From NCBI GenBank assembly GCA_965228895.1, contig OZ245842.1, positions 1,024,001 to 1,088,000 on the forward strand: a DNA stretch of 64,000 bases, written 5' to 3'. Positions 38,662 through 48,143 of this stretch are shown here, in pieces. The position numbers and the translations under genes are program-made. The stretch's first letter is position 1. Each line of letters starts with the position of its first letter. Source of the DNA: Alphaproteobacteria bacterium (lineage in GTDB: Bacteria > Pseudomonadota > Alphaproteobacteria > SP197). A model generated the notes under the pieces. It was not told the origin of the DNA and searched no databases. It saw only the letters and a list, made by a program, of their open reading frames with translations.

Positions 38662-39536
38662 CCGTCCGTTCCCAGCACGTCGACCAAGCTAACCTCGCCG
38701 CTGCCGCGCCGCGCCGGTTTCTGCTGGCCCTCGTGGGGCCGCCAAGCCGTCAGGTAGATGACCTGGAAGGTCGCGGGCACCCGCCCTTCGGCGTCGGCGA
38801 AACGCTCGTGATAGGCCGCGACCGATCCCAACAGAACATCGCGCCGGCTCATATGGCGTGGCCGCTCGATCGCGGCGTTGGTTTCGCCCATGTGGCGGAG
38901 GTCGCGCATCAGGGCGAGGGCATCGGGATAGGTGACATCGATGCGGTCGCTGTCGACAACGGGAAGGGCAAAACCGGCACGCTGAAGCAAGGCGCCGGCG
39001 TCCCGCACATCGACCAGCGGTGCGATGCGCGGCGCCATGCCGCCGGTCGCGGCGAGTTCCGCTTCACCGAGCGCCTGGCCGAGTTCGTGCAGCGTTTCAC
39101 CGCCGAACAGGCTCGCCAGAAACAGACCGTCGGGTTTGAGGGCGCGCCGTATCTGGCTCAGCACGCCAGGCAGGTCGTTGGCCCAGTGGAGTGCGAGATT
39201 GCTGATCACCAGATCAAGACTGCCATCGGCGAACGGAAAGAGCTCTTCGTCGCAGATTGTCCCGAGCGACAATGCATCACCCGACGCTCTTATCGAGAGA
39301 TTGGTCTCCACCAATGTCTCAACGCCGCCATGTCCGACCAGCAAACCCTTTAGCAGACCGTCTCGCGCGCCGATTTCGACAGCCAGCGGGAACTGTCGGG
39401 TAAGGTCGTCCAGCCGGTCCACGAGACGTTCGCCGACCTCACGGAACAGAAAATCATGGTCGGCGAAACTTGCGGCAGCGCGCTCGCGATTGCGGCGAAC
39501 CGTCGCACGATCGAAGACCTGAACCCGTGTGTCCAT
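38658..39536 (-). CDS. BioC/NDUFAF5-like SAM methyltransferase
   Basis: DEELFPF..SLDL..LHWANDLPG..LKPDGLF; GFALPVVD; divergent from comF. Confidence 0.88.
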   Translation of the reverse strand: MDTRVQVFDRATVRRNRERAAASFADHDFLFREVGERLVDRLDDLTRQFPLAVEIGARDGLLKGLLVGHGGVETLVETNLSIRASGDALSLGTICDEELFPFADGSLDLVISNLALHWANDLPGVLSQIRRALKPDGLFLASLFGGETLHELGQALGEAELAATGGMAPRIAPLVDVRDAGALLQRAGFALPVVDSDRIDVTYPDALALMRDLRHMGETNAAIERPRHMSRRDVLLGSVAAYHERFADAEGRVPATFQVIYLTAWRPHEGQQKPARRGSGEVSLVDVLGTDG

Positions 39537-39616
39537 GACAACCTCTATTGCCAGGGCTGTGGCGCACCGGCAACGGCAGTCTTGAACTTTCCGCGGAAAC
39601 ACCGCCGAATTGGCGG

Positions 39617-40375
39617 ATGACGGATCACGCCACACTTCTCAATCGCGTTCGCTGGACCGGCAGGCTGGCGCTCGACACGGTGCTGCCGCCGCGCTGTCTT
39701 GCCTGCGGTGAGATGGTCGATCAGCAAGGTCAGATCTGTCCGGTCTGCTGGCCCGGTCTCGACTTCATCGCGCGACCCTATTGCGCGATCTGCGGCACGC
39801 CGTTTGCCTATGACATGGGCAAGGACGCCATTTGCGGCAGTTGTTCGGCCGAGGCGCCGGCGTTCGATCGCGGACGCGCGGCACTGGTGTACAACGACCT
39901 TGCCGCGCGTCTGATTGTTGGATTCAAACATACCGACAGGACTCATCATGCGCCCGTGTTTGCGCGCTGGCTTGCGGCTGCCGGCGCCGACATTCTCGAT
40001 GCTGCCGATGTCCTGACGGCCGTGCCCTTGCACCGCCATCGCCTGTGGCGTCGCCGATTCAACCAATCGGCCATGATGGCGGGCGCCTTGGCGGCATTGA
40101 CGGGTTCAATCGCTTTGCCGGATGCGCTTGTACGCACCCGTCCGACGCCCAGCCAAAGCGGTCGGACGCGTCTGCAGCGTTTCGAGAACGTGCGCGGCGC
40201 CTTTAAGCCCAGGCCGTCTCGCCTTGCTGAAATCGCCGGCAAGCGTGTCGCGGTCATCGACGATGTCTTCACGACCGGCGCGACCTTGAGCACCGTGGCG
40301 CGCTGTCTTAAACAAGCCGGGGCCGCGCGCGTCGATGTACTAACCCTTGCGCGTGTCGTGCGCCATCCTACGTAG
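39617..40375 (+). CDS. comF: ComF family protein
   Basis: Double zinc-ribbon Cys pattern; VPLH..R.FNQS; IDDVFTTGAT PRT motif. Confidence 0.9.
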   Translation: MTDHATLLNRVRWTGRLALDTVLPPRCLACGEMVDQQGQICPVCWPGLDFIARPYCAICGTPFAYDMGKDAICGSCSAEAPAFDRGRAALVYNDLAARLIVGFKHTDRTHHAPVFARWLAAAGADILDAADVLTAVPLHRHRLWRRRFNQSAMMAGALAALTGSIALPDALVRTRPTPSQSGRTRLQRFENVRGAFKPRPSRLAEIAGKRVAVIDDVFTTGATLSTVARCLKQAGAARVDVLTLARVVRHPT

Positions 40376-40413
40376 CATGCTACATTATCGCGAATTTGAG
40401 AGAGATCTGTTCG

Positions 40414-40677
40414 ATGGCCGAAGTCGTTATGTATTCCACCATGTTTTGTCCGTTCTGCATGCGGGCGAAGGCGCTGTTGAAGGACAAAGGCGTCGATTTC
40501 GAGGAGATCGACGTCATGTTCGATGGTGCCAAGCGCGCGGAAATGACCGAACGGTCCGGCGGTGGGCGCACGGTGCCGCAGATCTTTATCGACGGCGAGC
40601 CGATCGGCGGGTTTGATGAACTCAACGCCCTCGACCGTGAGGGCCGTCTCGACGACCTCTTGGGAATAGCCGCATGA
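40414..40677 (+). CDS. grxC: Glutaredoxin 3
   Basis: CPFC, TVPQIFI, IGGFDEL. Confidence 0.95.
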   Translation: MAEVVMYSTMFCPFCMRAKALLKDKGVDFEEIDVMFDGAKRAEMTERSGGGRTVPQIFIDGEPIGGFDELNALDREGRLDDLLGIAA

Positions 40678-41525
40678 CCACACCCCTTACGATCGCCTGT
40701 GTTCAGGTCAACGCCGACGGCAATGTCGAGCGCAACATCGAGAATGCCGTCGACCTGGTGCGACAAGCCGCCGATGCCGGCGCCGAGTTGATCGGACTAC
40801 CCGAAAACGTTGCCTTGATGGCGGCGAGTGAAGAGGAGCGGTTGGACAATTCCTATACGCCGAAGGACCACCCGGCGCTGATCGCGTTCGCCGCGGTCGC
40901 CAAGGAAAAAGGCGTCTGGCTGCAGGCTGGCTCCGTGGCCGCGTTGCGGCAGGACGGGGATCTCGCCAACCACGCTTTTTTGTTCGGGCCCGACGGCGAG
41001 ACCGTTGCGGACTACGAGAAGATCCACATGTTCGATGTCGATCTTCCCGATGGTTCCGTTTACCGCGAGTCCAAGATGTTCCATCCCGGTGACAAGGCGG
41101 TTCTGGCGCCGACGCCGTGGGGCGATCTTGGCATGACCGTCTGCTATGACCTCAGGTTCCCGCAGCTCTACCGCGACCTCGCCCAGGCCGGCGCACGGCT
41201 GCTGACCGTGCCGTCTGCGTTCACCAAGGTCACTGGTGACGCCCATTGGGAACTATTGCTGCGCGCCCGTGCTGTCGAGAACGGCTGTTTTGTTTTTGCG
41301 CCGTGCCAGACCGGCAACCACCCGGGCAACCGCCGGACCTGCGGCCATTCCCTCATCATCGACCCCTGGGGCGTGGTGCTGGCCGATGGCGGCACCGAGG
41401 TCGGCTTTGTCAGCGCGACCGTCGATATGGATGAGGTCGATCGTGTGCGTAGTATCCTGCCGTCGCTAACCCACGACCGCGTCTATAAACCGCCGGTCGG
41501 CGAACACCGCGACGCCGCCGAGTAG
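40674..41525 (+). CDS. Carbon-nitrogen hydrolase (Nit1-like, deaminated glutathione amidase)
   Basis: LPEN, Y.KIHMFDV, VCYDLRFP, PSAFT..TG.AHW..RARAVEN; coupled to grxC. Confidence 0.9.
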   Translation: MTTPLTIACVQVNADGNVERNIENAVDLVRQAADAGAELIGLPENVALMAASEEERLDNSYTPKDHPALIAFAAVAKEKGVWLQAGSVAALRQDGDLANHAFLFGPDGETVADYEKIHMFDVDLPDGSVYRESKMFHPGDKAVLAPTPWGDLGMTVCYDLRFPQLYRDLAQAGARLLTVPSAFTKVTGDAHWELLLRARAVENGCFVFAPCQTGNHPGNRRTCGHSLIIDPWGVVLADGGTEVGFVSATVDMDEVDRVRSILPSLTHDRVYKPPVGEHRDAAE

Positions 41526-41547
41526 GGTTTCGCTCACGCGGTATATT

Positions 41548-41618
41548 CGCCGGCCCACTCCCCCGCCCGGCCACCCCGAGGATGCTGCCATGGGTGGCCG
41601 GGCGGGGGAGTGGGCTGG
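41548..41618. repeat. GC-rich palindromic repeat (family C, copy 1)
   Basis: GCCCACTCCCCCGCCCGGCCACCC-loop-GGGTGGCCGGGCGGGGGAGTGGGC between convergent genes. Confidence 0.85.
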
Positions 41619-41643
41619 TCCAGCTAACTAAAGCGAGATCGCG

Positions 41644-42186
41644 CTAGGCCTCGCGTCGGGCGGCGATGCGCTGCACGGCCGCGGGCTGCGGCCGTTCAAC
41701 GATAAGATCTTCATAGGCGAGCACGCGCAGGTGCCCCGCGGTAACGGCGAGCAGTTCGCCGGGCTGCAGCAGAAAGTCCGGATTGCGCGGCCGACCGAAC
41801 TGCTCGTTGCCTATCGCAAACGTCTCGTAGATCAGCATGCCGCCCGGCGCGACAGCTTCGACCAAGCGTGCCAAGAGTGGCCTGTAGAGATAGTTGGCAA
41901 CGACCACACCGGCGAACGTCTGACCGGCAAACGGCCAGGGCTGACCGGACTCCAGATCGACCGCCACCAGCTTGAGGCCCGGTGTTCCCGCCTGGTCGGC
42001 CATGCCGGAGATGTCGATATCGGCCGCCGTCACCGGATGGCCGAGATCCAGGAACAGGCGACTGTGGCGCCCGCCGCCGCATGCAAGGTCCAGCACCTGT
42101 CCCTGCGGCGGGACAAACGCGGCAAACCGGCTGATCCACGGCGACGCATCGGCGGTATGAACATGCGGGTCTGGCGTATCGGTCAT
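41644..42186 (-). CDS. Class I SAM-dependent methyltransferase (TehB-like)
   Basis: VLDLACGGGRH, VVANYLYR, PGG.LIYETF, NPDFLL.PGELL. Confidence 0.87.
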   Translation of the reverse strand: MTDTPDPHVHTADASPWISRFAAFVPPQGQVLDLACGGGRHSRLFLDLGHPVTAADIDISGMADQAGTPGLKLVAVDLESGQPWPFAGQTFAGVVVANYLYRPLLARLVEAVAPGGMLIYETFAIGNEQFGRPRNPDFLLQPGELLAVTAGHLRVLAYEDLIVERPQPAAVQRIAARREA

Positions 42187-42277
42187 GGTGTCGTCATCTT
42201 GCAATTTCGCGGTTCTGGGCTCATATAGGAGCCTTAGCGCTAACTAAGGCTATGATATATAAGAAAGTTCCTGGCGT

Positions 42278-42736
42278 ATGATCGTTTTTGACCTCAAATG
42301 TCCGGATGACCACGTCTTCGAAGGCTGGTTTGCCGACAGCGCGACCTTTGACCAGCAGGTCGAGGCGGGCGAGGTGACGTGCCCCTATTGCGGTTCACCT
42401 GATGTCAAAAAGGCGCTGATGGCGCCCAATGTCGCCACGCGGTCCTCAGCCGCCAAGGGTGAGGAGACGTCGTCCTCAACCGACATGGTGCCGGTCGCCA
42501 AACAAAAGGAAGAGGCCGGCAAGGTCATGGCCATGATGCGCGCGGTCAAGGACCACGTCGAAAAGAACTTCGACAACGTCGGCACCGAGTTCGCCGGTGA
42601 AGCGCGCAAAATCCACTATGGCGATGCCGAGAAGCGCAACATCTACGGCAAGGCAACGCGCGAAGAAGCCCAGGATCTCAAGGACGAAGGTGTCGAGTTC
42701 GGCGAACTGCCGGACCTGCCTGATCTCGATAGCTGA
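42278..42736 (+). CDS. DUF1178 family protein
   Basis: MIVFDLKC..DH.FEGWF..CP.CGS..KALMAP; FA.EARKIHYG. Confidence 0.9.
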   Translation: MIVFDLKCPDDHVFEGWFADSATFDQQVEAGEVTCPYCGSPDVKKALMAPNVATRSSAAKGEETSSSTDMVPVAKQKEEAGKVMAMMRAVKDHVEKNFDNVGTEFAGEARKIHYGDAEKRNIYGKATREEAQDLKDEGVEFGELPDLPDLDS

Positions 42737-42765
42737 CTAGAGACTTTCCAATTCGGTTGGCATCA

Positions 42766-42836
42766 CCGGCCGGCTCCCCCGCCCGGCCACCCATGACAGC
42801 ATCCTCGGGGTGGCCGGGCGGGGGAGTGGGCCGGCG
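42766..42836. repeat. GC-rich palindromic repeat (family C, copy 2, inverted relative to copy 1)
   Basis: Reverse complement is nearly identical to 41548-41618, including the loop (GAGGATGCTG[CT]CAT). Confidence 0.85.
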
Positions 42837-42862
42837 CTGAATCCGCGTGAGCTGAGAGCAGT

Positions 42863-44032
42863 CTAGCCCGCTGGCAGTGCCCGTTCCGCCAGTCGCGCCC
42901 AATAGCTTGCGCCGAGCGGCAGGACCTCGTCGTTGAAGTCGTAGTGCGGGTTGTGCAGCAGACAGCCGCCTTCTTCCGGACCGTTGCCGATCAGGATGTA
43001 GCAGCCGGGTTTTTCCTGCAGCATGAAGGCGAAGTCTTCCGATCCCATATCGGGTTCGAAAGCGCGGTCGACATGGCCATCACCAACCAGTTCGGCAGCG
43101 ACTCCGGCGGCAAAGTCAGTTTCGTCGGGCGTGTTGACCGTGGCGGGGTAGCGCCGTTCATAGCGAACGTTGGCGGTGCAGCGATGGGCGGCGGCGATGT
43201 TTTCGGCAATCCGCGTGATCGCCGGTTGCAGCATGTCGCGAACATGGTCGTCGAACCACCGGCATGTGCCGCGCAGCGTGACTTCGTCAGGGATCACGTT
43301 CCAGGTGTCGCCGGCGTGGATTTGGGTCACGCTGACGACGGCGGAGTGGAGCGGCGAGACCTCTCGCGCAACGACGGCCTTCAAGCCGCTCACGATTTGC
43401 GCGGCGGGAACCAGGGGATCGATGCCGCGATCGGGCATGGCCGCGTGCGTGCCGACGCCGTGGACGGTGATCTCGAAGATGTCGAAGGCGGCGAGGAACG
43501 GGCCTTCGCGCACGGCAAACTGGCCGACAGGAATGCCGGGTGCGTTGTGCATGCCATAGACCGAGTCGACGGGGAACAATTCGAACAAGCCGTCCTCGAT
43601 CATCACGCGGCCGCCGCCCTCGTTTTCTTCCGCCGGCTGGAAGATGAAATGGATGGTGCCGTCGAAGTTCTTGGTTTCGGCGAGATAGCGGGCCGCGCCA
43701 AGCAGCATGGTGGTGTGGCCGTCATGGCCGCAGGCATGCATCTTGCCTTCGTGTTTGGAGACATGATCGAAGGTGTTCTTCTCATGGATATGAAGCGCGT
43801 CGAGATCAGCGCGCAGTCCGATGCGACGTTCACCGGTACCGTTTTTGAGCGTGCCGACCACGCCGGTCGTGGCGAGGCCGCGATGAACCTCCATGCCGAA
43901 GTCTTCCAGCAGGTCGGCGACAACATCGGATGTGCGTTTTTCTTCGAACGCGGTTTCGGGGTGTGCATGGATGTCGCGGCGCCATGCCGTCATGTCGTCG
44001 TGGAACTCGGCAATACGGTTGATGATCGGCAT
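42863..44032 (-). CDS. M20D amidohydrolase (hippurate hydrolase-like)
   Basis: RADLDAL, MHACGHDGH, FQPAEE, GMHN, GSEDF, LHNP.YDFND. Confidence 0.92.
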   Translation of the reverse strand: MPIINRIAEFHDDMTAWRRDIHAHPETAFEEKRTSDVVADLLEDFGMEVHRGLATTGVVGTLKNGTGERRIGLRADLDALHIHEKNTFDHVSKHEGKMHACGHDGHTTMLLGAARYLAETKNFDGTIHFIFQPAEENEGGGRVMIEDGLFELFPVDSVYGMHNAPGIPVGQFAVREGPFLAAFDIFEITVHGVGTHAAMPDRGIDPLVPAAQIVSGLKAVVAREVSPLHSAVVSVTQIHAGDTWNVIPDEVTLRGTCRWFDDHVRDMLQPAITRIAENIAAAHRCTANVRYERRYPATVNTPDETDFAAGVAAELVGDGHVDRAFEPDMGSEDFAFMLQEKPGCYILIGNGPEEGGCLLHNPHYDFNDEVLPLGASYWARLAERALPAG

Positions 44033-44048
44033 GGTGATCTCCGGATTT

Positions 44049-45305
44049 TTAGTCGGTGCGACGGCGAGCCACCGTCACGGCGCGAACCTGTGGGTGGATC
44101 AGAATATAGGCCAGAAGCAGCGCCATAAGCACGCCATTCAGCACATAGGGTGCGCGCAGCCAGACTTCGTAGAGCGGCAAGGTGACGAAGGCGCCGACAA
44201 CATGGCCGGACGCGCCCATGCCGTTGATGATGCCGGCGGCCGAGCCCTGTTCATCGGGATTGACGGCGAGTGATCCGGCGGCGGCGATTCCGGGACGCAA
44301 CATGCCATGACCGAATCCCAAGATGATCAAGGCCAGCATGATCGGCAAATAGCTGTTGGCGAGCGCAAACAACACGAAACAGGCCAGGCTGATTCCGGCG
44401 CCGCCATAGAGCAGCAGACGCGGCGACGGCTGATACCGCCGGACGATGAAGAGCTGCACGACCAAAGCCGCCGCTGCCGATACGGTGAGGCCCAGACCGA
44501 CCTGGCGCACCGCCTGATCGGCGCCATAGTCCAGCAGGTCGATCATGTAAAAGCCGACGGATTGCATGGTGCCGGCCTGACAGGTGGTCATCACGATCGA
44601 TGCGATAACAAACGGCCTGATGCGCCTGTCCCATGTCCGCACGCGCGGTGGCAACCGCTTGCCGCGGGGCGGTGTACGTTCCGGCAGCATGAACCAACAG
44701 GCGACCGCGCTGCAGGTGGCGAAGGCCGCAACCGCATAGAGCGGCGTGAGAGCACCCAGATCAACCAGCAACGCGCCAATGCCCGGACCGACAATAATGC
44801 CGACACCAAACGCCGCCCCGATGGTGGCAAGAGCCGGCGTGCGTTCGCGGCGCGTCGTGCGGTCGGCGATATAGGCCTGTGACGCCGGAAAGGTGCCGGA
44901 GCCGAACATGCCGAAGATGGCGCGTGTTACGACCATCAGCGGAAACGCGACGGCCAGAACCAGGGCACCGTTGATGCCGGCCTGAATGACGACCGCGAGC
45001 AAGACCATGGAGACGGCGTATCCGGCCAGGCCGATCAGAATGACCGGTTTGCGTCCGATGCGATCGCTGCGCCGCCCCCAAAAGGGGCTGGCTACAATCC
45101 ATAGCCCGGCCGACAGGGCGAAGACGGCGCCGACTTGCCATTCCTGCATGCCAAGCTCGCGAGACAGAGGCGGCAGGATCGAGAGCAGCAGGGATTGACC
45201 CATGCCCAAACAAGCAAGCGAGACGAACAACAGACGAAAGGCGCGGCGGCGTGCCTGCGGCGTCGTCGCCGTAGGCGGCGGGGCGTCGTCGTCGAAGAGA
45301 GAAAT
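44049..45305 (-). CDS. MFS transporter (TetA/DHA1-like); start uncertain (TTG 45230 or ATT 45305)
   Basis: G..SDRIGRKP motif A; about 12 TM segments. Confidence 0.85.
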   Translation of the reverse strand: MSLFDDDAPPPTATTPQARRRAFRLLFVSLACLGMGQSLLLSILPPLSRELGMQEWQVGAVFALSAGLWIVASPFWGRRSDRIGRKPVILIGLAGYAVSMVLLAVVIQAGINGALVLAVAFPLMVVTRAIFGMFGSGTFPASQAYIADRTTRRERTPALATIGAAFGVGIIVGPGIGALLVDLGALTPLYAVAAFATCSAVACWFMLPERTPPRGKRLPPRVRTWDRRIRPFVIASIVMTTCQAGTMQSVGFYMIDLLDYGADQAVRQVGLGLTVSAAAALVVQLFIVRRYQPSPRLLLYGGAGISLACFVLFALANSYLPIMLALIILGFGHGMLRPGIAAAGSLAVNPDEQGSAAGIINGMGASGHVVGAFVTLPLYEVWLRAPYVLNGVLMALLLAYILIHPQVRAVTVARRRTD

Positions 45306-45379
45306 ACCTGGTCTCCGGGCTGTCCGATCCCTTATAGACCACGCCCGCCGACCAACGCCAAGCCATGAGAGGTCATGTC

Positions 45380-45850
45380 ATGCAGCGTGAACACAGCTAT
45401 CGTGTCGTCACCGAATGGACCGGCGCCGCCGACGGTTCCACCGTCACCTACAAGAGTTACTCCCGAACCTATCGCCAGCAGATCGGCGACAAGCTGACGT
45501 TGACGGGCTCCGCCGATGCGGCATTTCTTGGTGACGCCTCCCTGGTCAACCCCGAGGATCTGATGGTCGCCGCGCTGTCGTCATGCCACATGCTGAGCTA
45601 TCTCGCATGCTGCGCACTCGACGTTGTTGAGGTGACGGCTTACGAAGATGCGGCCGAAGGCATCATGGTCGAAGAGCGCGGTGCCGGGCAGTTCCAATCC
45701 GTCATGTTGCGCCCAACGGTGACGGTCGCTGCCGGCACTGACATGGAAAAGGCACAGGCACTGCATAAGAACGCGCACGAAGTCTGTTTCATCGCGCGTT
45801 CTGTCAACTTTCCGGTCGAGCACGAGGCGCGGATCGTTGTTGCGGACTAG
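45380..45850 (+). CDS. OsmC family protein
   Basis: NPEDL..ALSSCHML, AH..CFIARSVNFPV. Confidence 0.9.
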   Translation: MQREHSYRVVTEWTGAADGSTVTYKSYSRTYRQQIGDKLTLTGSADAAFLGDASLVNPEDLMVAALSSCHMLSYLACCALDVVEVTAYEDAAEGIMVEERGAGQFQSVMLRPTVTVAAGTDMEKAQALHKNAHEVCFIARSVNFPVEHEARIVVAD

Positions 45851-45862
45851 AACGCCACTGAC

Positions 45863-46153
45863 CTAACGCCGCCGCGGCGAGTGATGCCAATCGACCCATT
45901 CGGGATGTTTGCGGCGCACCCAGCGGACAAACGTCGCGATCTCGGGATGCCCGCGCAGTGCTTCCGGCGTGTTGTAGCGTTGCGCCAAGTCGGATTCATC
46001 GAGGACCGCATGGACTTTGCGGTGACACACCTTGTGAAGCGGTGATTGGTTCTTGCCGCCGGCTGATTTCGGCACCCAATGATGGCGGTCGACGCTGGGA
46101 CCGTCGATCATCAGGCGGCCGCAGAGCGGGCATGGTCCAAGATGTTCTGTCAT
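45863..46153 (-). CDS. Small HNH-endonuclease-like protein
   Basis: CPLCGR..HHWVPKS.GG..LH..CH.K.H. Confidence 0.75.
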   Translation of the reverse strand: MTEHLGPCPLCGRLMIDGPSVDRHHWVPKSAGGKNQSPLHKVCHRKVHAVLDESDLAQRYNTPEALRGHPEIATFVRWVRRKHPEWVDWHHSPRRR

Positions 46154-46288
46154 AACGCCGTTTCTAGGCGTGCGGGATCTGTGAATAACGCGATGATCGC
46201 TTCGAATTCCCTGGGCTTCCATCGGTGCCCGCACCGGTTAGAATGTGCCATGATCATTGTGGTTTCGAAAGTCGCGGTGGAATAGGGC

Positions 46289-47119
46289 GTGTCAGAACAA
46301 TCCAGAGTATCGCAGCAGATTGAGGACATCGGCCGATTGGCGGACGATGACATCGATCTCGGTTCGTCTGCTTTGACTCTCGCGTCACTCGACCGAAACG
46401 ACGTGTCGCTGGAGCCATATCGTTCGCATTTGGCAGCGTTGGCGGCCGATGCGGCGGCCCTGGGACATCGTGGCGGTGATCTTGAAGGACGGGCCTGGGC
46501 ACTTGCCCGTGTGCTCTATGAACGCCATGGCTATTCTGGCGACCAGGAGAGCTATGACGATTTGCGCAACGCCGACCTGATGAGTGTGATCGACCGGCGC
46601 AAGGGCATCCCCGTGTCGCTGGGTATTCTCTACATGCACACAGCCCGCGCCATGGGATGGCATGTCACCGGTCTGAACTTTCCGTCCCACTTCCTGGTTC
46701 GTCTGGAAGGGCAGAGCACGCGGCTGATCATCGATCCCTTCGACGGCGGCCGCATTATGGAATCACAGGATATTCGCGCGCTTGCCAAGACCGTGTTCGG
46801 ACCGGAAGCGGAGGTCGAACAGAGTTGGTTCCGGGCAGTCAGCAACCGCGACACCTTGCTCAGGCTCCTCAACAACACGAGGACACGTTCAATCCAGGCC
46901 GGCGAACTGGAACGTGGCGCCGAGATAACGCGGCGCATGATCGCGATCGCGCCGGACGCGACCAATCTGCAACGCGATTTGGGTATGGTCGAAGCGCATA
47001 TCGGCAATGTCGGCGCGGCCATCGAAGCGCTTGCGAGTTACCTGCAGTCCGGGCCGCGCGGTGCCGACAAGGCCGAGGTCGAACGCATGCTCAACAAGCT
47101 GCGCCAGGCGCTGAACTAA
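46289..47119 (+). CDS. SirB1 / transglutaminase-like protein with C-terminal TPR
   Basis: Y.D..N..VIDRRKGIPVSL, NFPSHFLVR, IDPFDGG, RLLNN. Confidence 0.87.
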   Translation: MSEQSRVSQQIEDIGRLADDDIDLGSSALTLASLDRNDVSLEPYRSHLAALAADAAALGHRGGDLEGRAWALARVLYERHGYSGDQESYDDLRNADLMSVIDRRKGIPVSLGILYMHTARAMGWHVTGLNFPSHFLVRLEGQSTRLIIDPFDGGRIMESQDIRALAKTVFGPEAEVEQSWFRAVSNRDTLLRLLNNTRTRSIQAGELERGAEITRRMIAIAPDATNLQRDLGMVEAHIGNVGAAIEALASYLQSGPRGADKAEVERMLNKLRQALN

Positions 47120-47259
47120 CCGCGTCTTCGGCGCGCGACGGATGGGGGTCGTCGCCACGTGTCAGAAATCTTTGACGTCCGGCGCTGTCTGGTAACGCGC
47201 ATCCAACGGTTGTGTTATGGTCGCCGGTGGAGTGTGGTCGGGTGAAGCGGGGGACCCTC

Positions 47260-48141
47260 TTGAAATCCGTGAATTGCATTGTGCTGCTGGGCGTGGCGTT
47301 CGTTCTGGCGGCGTGCGGGCTGGCCGAGAGTCCCGTGCTCGACCCCAAGGGGCCGATCACAGAAACCGAACGCGATCTGATGTTTGAGACCTTGGCGATC
47401 ATGATGATCGTCGTCATCCCGGTCTACATCTTGGTGCTCTGGTTCATCCCGCGTTACCGCGCAACCAATGCCAAGGCGCGCTACATGCCCGACTGGCAGT
47501 CGACGGGCATCGATGCCATCACGTGGATTGTGCCGGCCGCGATCATCGTCGCGGTAGGCACCTATGTCTGGATCTACACCCACAAACTCGACCCCTATAA
47601 GACGATCGAAGCGGAGTCGGGCGCAGAGCCGTTCGTCGTCGAGGTCGTCGCGCAGGATTGGAAGTGGCTGTTCCTCTACCCCGATCAGGGTGTCGCCAGT
47701 GTCAACGAGTTGGTGTTTCCCAGCGGTGTGCCGCTGGAGCTCATCGTCACGTCTGACACGGTCATGAATTCGTTCTATGTGCCGGCGCTGGGCAGTCAGA
47801 TCTATGCCATGGCGGGCATGGAGACGGAGCTCAACCTGCTCGCCTGGGAGCCCGGTCAGTTTGTCGGCAGGAACTCGCAATACAGCGGTTCAGGATTCTC
47901 GCAACAATACTTCGACGTGATTGCGGCGACGCAAGAGGACTTCGATGCCTGGATCGACACCGTCAAGCAGTCGGGCCAGACCCTTGATGACGCGGCTTAC
48001 GAAGAACTCGCCAAGCCGAGCACCGCGCATCCGATAACCCATTACGCGTCTTACGAGGCCGGTCTGTTCGACAAGATCATGATGAAATACATGCATGCTC
48101 CCGGACATATGGGTGGCGCTGTGACCGGTGTGGAGGAATAG
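47260..48141 (+). CDS. cyoA: Cytochrome o ubiquinol oxidase subunit II (start approximate)
   Basis: Lipobox LAAC; [36 protein letters not shown]; no CuA cysteines. Confidence 0.93.
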   Translation: MKSVNCIVLLGVAFVLAACGLAESPVLDPKGPITETERDLMFETLAIMMIVVIPVYILVLWFIPRYRATNAKARYMPDWQSTGIDAITWIVPAAIIVAVGTYVWIYTHKLDPYKTIEAESGAEPFVVEVVAQDWKWLFLYPDQGVASVNELVFPSGVPLELIVTSDTVMNSFYVPALGSQIYAMAGMETELNLLAWEPGQFVGRNSQYSGSGFSQQYFDVIAATQEDFDAWIDTVKQSGQTLDDAAYEELAKPSTAHPITHYASYEAGLFDKIMMKYMHAPGHMGGAVTGVEE

Positions 48142-48143
48142 GG

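Noticed and set aside
47120-47260. FNR/FixK box upstream of cyoA
   Set aside because: GTCAGAAATCTTTGAC is palindromic at its ends but does not fit TTGAT-N4-ATCAA.
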